Shown here in pieces: positions 59,251 through 64,000 of a stretch of 64,000 nucleotides of DNA. Position numbers and translations under genes: made by a program. Origin of the DNA: Polyangiaceae bacterium (lineage in GTDB: Bacteria > Myxococcota_A > Polyangia > Polyangiales > Polyangiaceae); the NCBI GenBank assembly GCA_050287085.1, contig JBNKBE010000020.1, positions 32,001 to 96,000 of the forward strand. The letters run 5' to 3'. Position 1 is the stretch's first letter; each line of letters starts with the position of its first letter. Below the pieces are notes generated by a model. The model was not told the DNA's origin and ran no database searches. It saw only the letters and a list, made by a program, of their open reading frames with translations.

Positions 59251-59279
59251 TTGTGTCCCCGACTGCGGCGCCCTAAGCT
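59251..59279 (+). promoter_or_regulatory. Putative sigma70 promoter, probably giving a leaderless mRNA
   Basis: TTGTGT, 17 bp, TAAGCT; ATG 59286 follows after 6 nt; no Shine-Dalgarno. Confidence 0.5.
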
Positions 59280-59285
59280 GAAGTC

Positions 59286-60041
59286 ATGATGCTTGACTGG
59301 GGTGACGGCGAATATGAAGTCACGGCAGCCCGATTGGAGCCCGTCGCTGAACAACTGGTCCTGCAGGCAGACATCGGACCTAGTAGCCGCGTGTTGGACG
59401 CAGGTTGCGGCACAGGCAACGTCGCACTTGCCGCAGCGCGCCGCGGAGCTCGGGTCGATGCGTTCGATCCGTCCCAGCGCCTGCTAGCGGAGGCCGCGAG
59501 ACGCTGCACTGCCGAAGCGCTGGACTGCAGCTTCAGCGTCGGCAGCGTGGAAAGCATCGCTCAGCCTGACGAGACGTACGATCGTGTGCTGGCCGTCTTC
59601 TCCGTCATCTTCGCGGAAAACCCCCCAGTCGCGATAAAAGAACTACTCCGCGTAGCTAAGCACGGCGCTCGCATATTGATCACAAGCTGGCCCCCCGAGG
59701 GCGCTATTGAAGACCTGGTACAGCTGGCACTTCCTCCGGAAGCCAGGGGCGTCGTTTCTCCGTGGGCCACACGGGAGGGCATTGAGGGTCTGCTTTCCGA
59801 TACCGGCGCAGACCTGCATCTAACACAGCACACGCTAACGCAAGAAGCCGCCTCCGCGGAAGAGTACTTTGCGGAGCTGGAGCGCACGCATCCCGCCTGG
59901 AGACGCATGCGACAGCTTCGTGCAGCGGAGTGGGACACAATTCACACGCAGTCGTGCGCCATTCTGGAGGCCGCCAATGAGCAGCCCGGTGGCCTTCGCA
60001 TCAGCAGCCGCTACTGGCTTATCGATATTACACGACACTGA
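59286..60041 (+). CDS. Class I SAM-dependent methyltransferase
   Basis: VLDAGCGTGN, FDPS, YDRVL...F, ELLRVAKHGARI. Confidence 0.9.
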   Translation: MMLDWGDGEYEVTAARLEPVAEQLVLQADIGPSSRVLDAGCGTGNVALAAARRGARVDAFDPSQRLLAEAARRCTAEALDCSFSVGSVESIAQPDETYDRVLAVFSVIFAENPPVAIKELLRVAKHGARILITSWPPEGAIEDLVQLALPPEARGVVSPWATREGIEGLLSDTGADLHLTQHTLTQEAASAEEYFAELERTHPAWRRMRQLRAAEWDTIHTQSCAILEAANEQPGGLRISSRYWLIDITRH

Positions 60042-60155
60042 CTGGGCGCTGGAGTTGACCGTCCGTCATTACGTCGGAGCAATCGAGCCCCCTTTGGCAT
60101 GGCGCTTGGACGCGAAGCCAAAGCTCTTCCTTCGCTGTCGGCCTTTCGCGGCCAA

Positions 60156-61427
60156 CTAGGCAGCCACTCTTCGGCCATCCCAATAGCGCTTGAGCAACGT
60201 GTCGACACCAAATGCCGCCAACGTAGCGAGCAGCGGAATGATCGGAACCGAATAGCGGCCGAGGGGGATGAGAGCGGCGACGAAAACGTTCATCAACAGA
60301 ATCGGGGCTAGCACCAACCCGAATGGCCGCTTCTCTTCTCGCGCTCGGCGAAATCCAAATGCGGCCAACGTCCACGCCCCAACCGCCAATACAGCCGGTA
60401 CGAGGGAGTTGATGAAGGACGTCATCTCGTACCAGAAGGTGAATAGACCAACGACGAACTTGCGTACGGTGTCTAGCGGATGGGCTTTGATATACGCCAT
60501 CATGTACCGCTTGTTATTCTGGTCGTCTACGATCTCGTCTTCTTCCCAAGTCGTGCCGGCCTCTTTTGCGATTCTACGGAAGAGCGCGTTCGATTCGTTT
60601 TCCGCGTCTGTATATGGAGGCTTCTGCAGCGTAGCAAACTCCAGGCGCGTGAAGATGTAGCCGCGAAGAAACGCGTCGGGAGTTCCCGGTGTGAAGGGAA
60701 CGAAATGACCACCCGTCACCTGGTAGTTGCGGTATGCCCACGGCGTTAGGGTCAAACCCGCCGCCACACCCACCGCGAGAACCGCGACCAATTGCTGCAT
60801 CCGTCGAGGCTCACGGCGTACTTCTTGCCACAGCCAGAAGGCGCAATAGCCGGCCAGAACGGGCAGCACCACGCCCTTGGTTAGTGCCCCCAACATCCCC
60901 ACCACACCCAGCAAGATCCCGTTCGAAAACGTGCGCTCGAAGTGAAAGCGCACCGCGCAAACCACCGTGGCCATGGTCATGAACACGAGCATGGTCTCGT
61001 TGTGGAAGTCACCCACGTAGCGAATCACCATCGGATGCAACGTGGTAGCGAGGCCTGCAAGCAACGCAGTGCGCCGACCAAAGATGCGTTCCGCGACGTA
61101 GAACACCATGGCGCAACTTCCAACGTGGAACAGAACGTGGAATACCTGAATAATCGTCTCATTCCCCCCCAATTCGAAGATGAGCCACATCAGGTGCGGA
61201 TACAGCATCGCTCCACGACGGGTGAGTTCCTGCATCCCATGTTCGGCGTATTCGACGGCGATCGCCTTGTACATGTAGGGGTCGCCCGGGTTGTGCACCA
61301 TGCCGATCTTGAGCCCAACGAACACGAGGACGAGGGCCACGACGAACGCAACTCCCACGACAATCCAAAACTCCCTCGAGAACTCAAATCTATATGGCTG
61401 CGACTCAGCGTATGTCATGTGCACCAC
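60156..61427 (-). CDS. GT-C fold (ArnT/PMT, GT39/GT83-like) glycosyltransferase
   Basis: N-terminal TM then GDPYMY; MLYP; NETMLVF; multi-TM; PWAYRNY; GRYSVPIIP. Confidence 0.8.
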   Translation of the reverse strand: MVHMTYAESQPYRFEFSREFWIVVGVAFVVALVLVFVGLKIGMVHNPGDPYMYKAIAVEYAEHGMQELTRRGAMLYPHLMWLIFELGGNETIIQVFHVLFHVGSCAMVFYVAERIFGRRTALLAGLATTLHPMVIRYVGDFHNETMLVFMTMATVVCAVRFHFERTFSNGILLGVVGMLGALTKGVVLPVLAGYCAFWLWQEVRREPRRMQQLVAVLAVGVAAGLTLTPWAYRNYQVTGGHFVPFTPGTPDAFLRGYIFTRLEFATLQKPPYTDAENESNALFRRIAKEAGTTWEEDEIVDDQNNKRYMMAYIKAHPLDTVRKFVVGLFTFWYEMTSFINSLVPAVLAVGAWTLAAFGFRRAREEKRPFGLVLAPILLMNVFVAALIPLGRYSVPIIPLLATLAAFGVDTLLKRYWDGRRVAA

Positions 61428-61724
61428 GGCGTGTCTTTGGTGAAGAATGCGTTGGCGACGATACTTCGTTCCCTAAGCTGAGTCGACCCGCAATCGGTCC
61501 CGGGCAGCGGCAACGAAAGACGACGCTCTTCCCAGATTGGAGCTGGACCGCACTTGAACATCAAGCTGCCTCAGCCCGCGCATGAAGACACGCCGGGCCC
61601 AAGCTCCCACGATACACGGCGAAAACACGTCGACCCGGCGTCCGGGCATGACGCAGACATTCAAGCGACGTTTGACGCGCCGAGCGTCTAGTGCGAAAGG
61701 GAAACAAACCCGTTTCCGCGCTCA

Positions 61725-63212
61725 ATGCCCGCCGAGACCGCGCTCGCTCACTTCGTCGCCACGGCCCTGGCCGAACGGCTCCCGCTCTGCATCTCATTGG
61801 AGGGCGGCTTGATGTTTAGCGACGCGGTATGGGAAGCGTGGTTGCTGCAGCTGCGAGACAGTCCATGGCTGCTGCCCCGCGCAACAGCGTGGCTGGCGCG
61901 CGGCCGCGCTGCAACCGAACAGCAACTGGCGAGCCGCGGCGCCTTCAAAGGCGGCAGGTTGCCCCTGCGGGCTGACGTCTGTGAAGCGCTGGCACGCTTC
62001 AGGGCGCAGGGTGGTCAGGTATGCCTGCTCGCCGAGAGCGACAGCCCGGTTACGTCCAGCGTCGTTCAGCACCTGGGCCTCGACGACAGTCAGCAACTGT
62101 TCGGCCACGCACGAGCTCAATGGGCCGAAGAGCTGCGCCGGCGCTTTCCAAACGGGTACGCAGCCCTCGGCGTCGCCCACGAAGAATCGGTCTACCCCAA
62201 CGCGAAACGACTTTGCATCGTGGGAACCCGGCGCATGCAAGACCCAACAGCAGAAGACAACGACGCGCAGCGCGTCCTTCGACTGCCCGGCGGACGCTCA
62301 CTGGGTGGCGCGCTGCTCAAGGAGTTGCGCCCGCATCAATGGGCCAAGAACGGCCTGCTGCTCGTCCCGGTATTTCTCGCCCCGGGCGTGCCACCGCTCG
62401 GTCGCATCGGCACGGCCCTGCTCGCCGCGACCACGTTTTCGTTGTGTGCCTCGGCAGGCTACGTCCTCAACGATCTGCTCGACCTCGAGGCGGATCGCGG
62501 GCACCGGACAAAGCGCTATCGCCCCTTCGCGTCGGGTGACTTGCCAATCGCATTCGGCCCTCCCCTCCTATTCGCTTTGCTCGCGGCTGGCTTCGGCCTG
62601 GCCTGGATGGCTCTACCCGCGCCGTTTCTAGCCCTGCTCGGCCTCTACTTCATCGGTACGCTCGGCTATTCCCTCTGGCTCAAGAAGTTGCAGCTAATCG
62701 ATGTGTTGGTGCTTGCAGGCCTATATGCGCATCGCATTCTTGCAGGCGGCGTGGCCACCACCACCCCGGTCAGCACTTGGTTGCTGGGCTTTTCGATGTT
62801 CCTGTTTACGAGTCTGGCATTCGCCAAGCGCTACGTCGAACTGGACGCCATGGTGGCGGATACCCGAGTCAAGAATCGTGGCTACTACAAGAGCGACATG
62901 CGGGTCGTGCTCGCCATGGGCACCTCGAGCGGCAATATCGCGGCCCTAGTGCTGGTCCTGTACGCCGATAGCAAAGCCGTACGCATCAACTACCATGAAC
63001 CTGCGCTGCTCTGGTTGCTGCTACCCGTTCTGCTTTATTGGCTGGGTCGTCTGTGGTTGCTAACGGGTCGCGGAGAGCTGCAGGACGACCCCGTGAAGTT
63101 CGCGCTGAAAGACGGGCCGAGCCTGCTGTGCGGTGTCGTAGCCCTGCTGCTGCTCTTTCTGGCGCGCTTTCCGCCCAGCTACCTGACCGCATTTCTTTCG
63201 ACGCTAACGTAG
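61725..63212 (+). CDS. UbiA-family prenyltransferase (polyprenyl-phosphate phosphoribosyltransferase-like) with a degenerate HAD-like N-terminal domain
   Basis: LRPHQWAKN, YVLNDLLDLEADRGHRTKRYRPFASG, YSLWLKK, LAFAKRYVEL, DDPVKFALKD. Confidence 0.9.
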   Translation: MPAETALAHFVATALAERLPLCISLEGGLMFSDAVWEAWLLQLRDSPWLLPRATAWLARGRAATEQQLASRGAFKGGRLPLRADVCEALARFRAQGGQVCLLAESDSPVTSSVVQHLGLDDSQQLFGHARAQWAEELRRRFPNGYAALGVAHEESVYPNAKRLCIVGTRRMQDPTAEDNDAQRVLRLPGGRSLGGALLKELRPHQWAKNGLLLVPVFLAPGVPPLGRIGTALLAATTFSLCASAGYVLNDLLDLEADRGHRTKRYRPFASGDLPIAFGPPLLFALLAAGFGLAWMALPAPFLALLGLYFIGTLGYSLWLKKLQLIDVLVLAGLYAHRILAGGVATTTPVSTWLLGFSMFLFTSLAFAKRYVELDAMVADTRVKNRGYYKSDMRVVLAMGTSSGNIAALVLVLYADSKAVRINYHEPALLWLLLPVLLYWLGRLWLLTGRGELQDDPVKFALKDGPSLLCGVVALLLLFLARFPPSYLTAFLSTLT

Positions 63213-63217
63213 GGGCT

Positions 63218-64000
63218 TCAGCGTTGTGGCGCAGCGCCCGCAAGGCGCGATGCAAGGAGCTCCGCAAGAGCACGTCCCACGACGCGCGTACCCTCGGGAC
63301 TCAGATGCAGTTGATCTGCAAACGGAGACTTGCCTTCTTCGGTCGCGCGGGCCAGGACCGCGCGCAGCTGAAATACCGGAACATGCAGAGACTGGAAGTG
63401 CCTTCGCAGCTCAGCCCCGTCGGGCTCTTGCTCGTCGCGCAATTCCTCGACGCTGTAGTGTTGGGCAACTACCAGAGGGATGCCACTCCGCTCAAGGTGA
63501 GCAACAAGCGCCTCGATCGCGGCGAGCGTTTGTTGGCGAGCGTCCCCGGGAGGCGGGGCAACTCGAGCCGTCTTGCGTCGCAGCAGATTCCACAAGTCCT
63601 GGAGCGCAAGTGCAAACGGTTCCTGAGGCAAGAGCGCTGAGGCAGCCGGGTTGGGAACGTCCCTGAGGTCGTGGCTCGACAAGATCCAAGCGACAATATC
63701 GGCGTCAAACGTTCCAACTTTTTGCAAGAATGCCCATTGATTGACCGGACCCCAGCTACTCGTAGCCGCGTTGAGCACCTCGACCTGCTCAGCTCCATAC
63801 CGCTTGCTCAGGCTCTCGGCCAGCGACGTAGAGATCAGCTCGTTTTGGTCTGTGCGGAAAGTCCCGTGAACAATACTGTCGCCCAGCAAGAGCACACGAA
63901 GCGGGGGCTTGGAACTCCGCACGTCATCACCGCGCATGTAGTGCTGATTGATTCGAATCGTGCGATGAAAGCGCCGATACTCACCGGGACGGGTGAAGTA
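63218..64000 (-). CDS. SGNH/GDSL hydrolase-family protein (partial; N-terminus beyond the window end)
   Basis: Frame is open to 64000 (YFTRPGEYRRF...INQHYMR); LLGDSIVHG, VLNAA, DQLHLS. Confidence 0.85.
   Translation of the reverse strand, partial: YFTRPGEYRRFHRTIRINQHYMRGDDVRSSKPPLRVLLLGDSIVHGTFRTDQNELISTSLAESLSKRYGAEQVEVLNAATSSWGPVNQWAFLQKVGTFDADIVAWILSSHDLRDVPNPAASALLPQEPFALALQDLWNLLRRKTARVAPPPGDARQQTLAAIEALVAHLERSGIPLVVAQHYSVEELRDEQEPDGAELRRHFQSLHVPVFQLRAVLARATEEGKSPFADQLHLSPEGTRVVGRALAELLASRLAGAAPQR

Overview
GC-rich bacterial chromosomal window, most likely from a myxobacterium (Myxococcota, Polyangia-like). That assignment is inferred from a MYXO-CTERM-type tail, Cys-rich 'CGDG...CDDGN' repeats with a fibro-slime domain, a DUF1592/DUF1552-type pair and many Gly/Ala-linker lipoproteins. 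Housekeeping content: partial recJ, yajC-secD-secF, tRNA-Val(GAC), infC with a long poly-Asp tail and tRNA-Ala(GGC). The rest is accessory and largely envelope-associated: two PL1-like pectate lyases, beta-propeller proteins, an integrin-like FG-GAP lipoprotein, an Ig-repeat lipoprotein, cytochromes c, signalling proteins and a surface-glycan modification cluster. I see no integrase, transposase, prophage gene or CRISPR array. The best candidates for poorly understood systems are: (1) an 8.5-kb operon of a YqiJ/NfeD-like membrane protein, a long flotillin, a 1742-aa AAA+ ATPase and an overlapping 11-Cys GDCCVxC protein, without PspA; (2) a ubiquitin-like MoaD/ThiS protein paired with a cytoplasmic BNR beta-propeller and no E1; (3) an orphan CheW with a zinc-binding CZB domain inserted into it, behind a structured tandem/inverted-repeat intergenic element; (4) the DUF1592/DUF1552 pair next to a LacI-type sugar sensor with no output domain. 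All family calls come from motif recognition by eye; no database searches were run.
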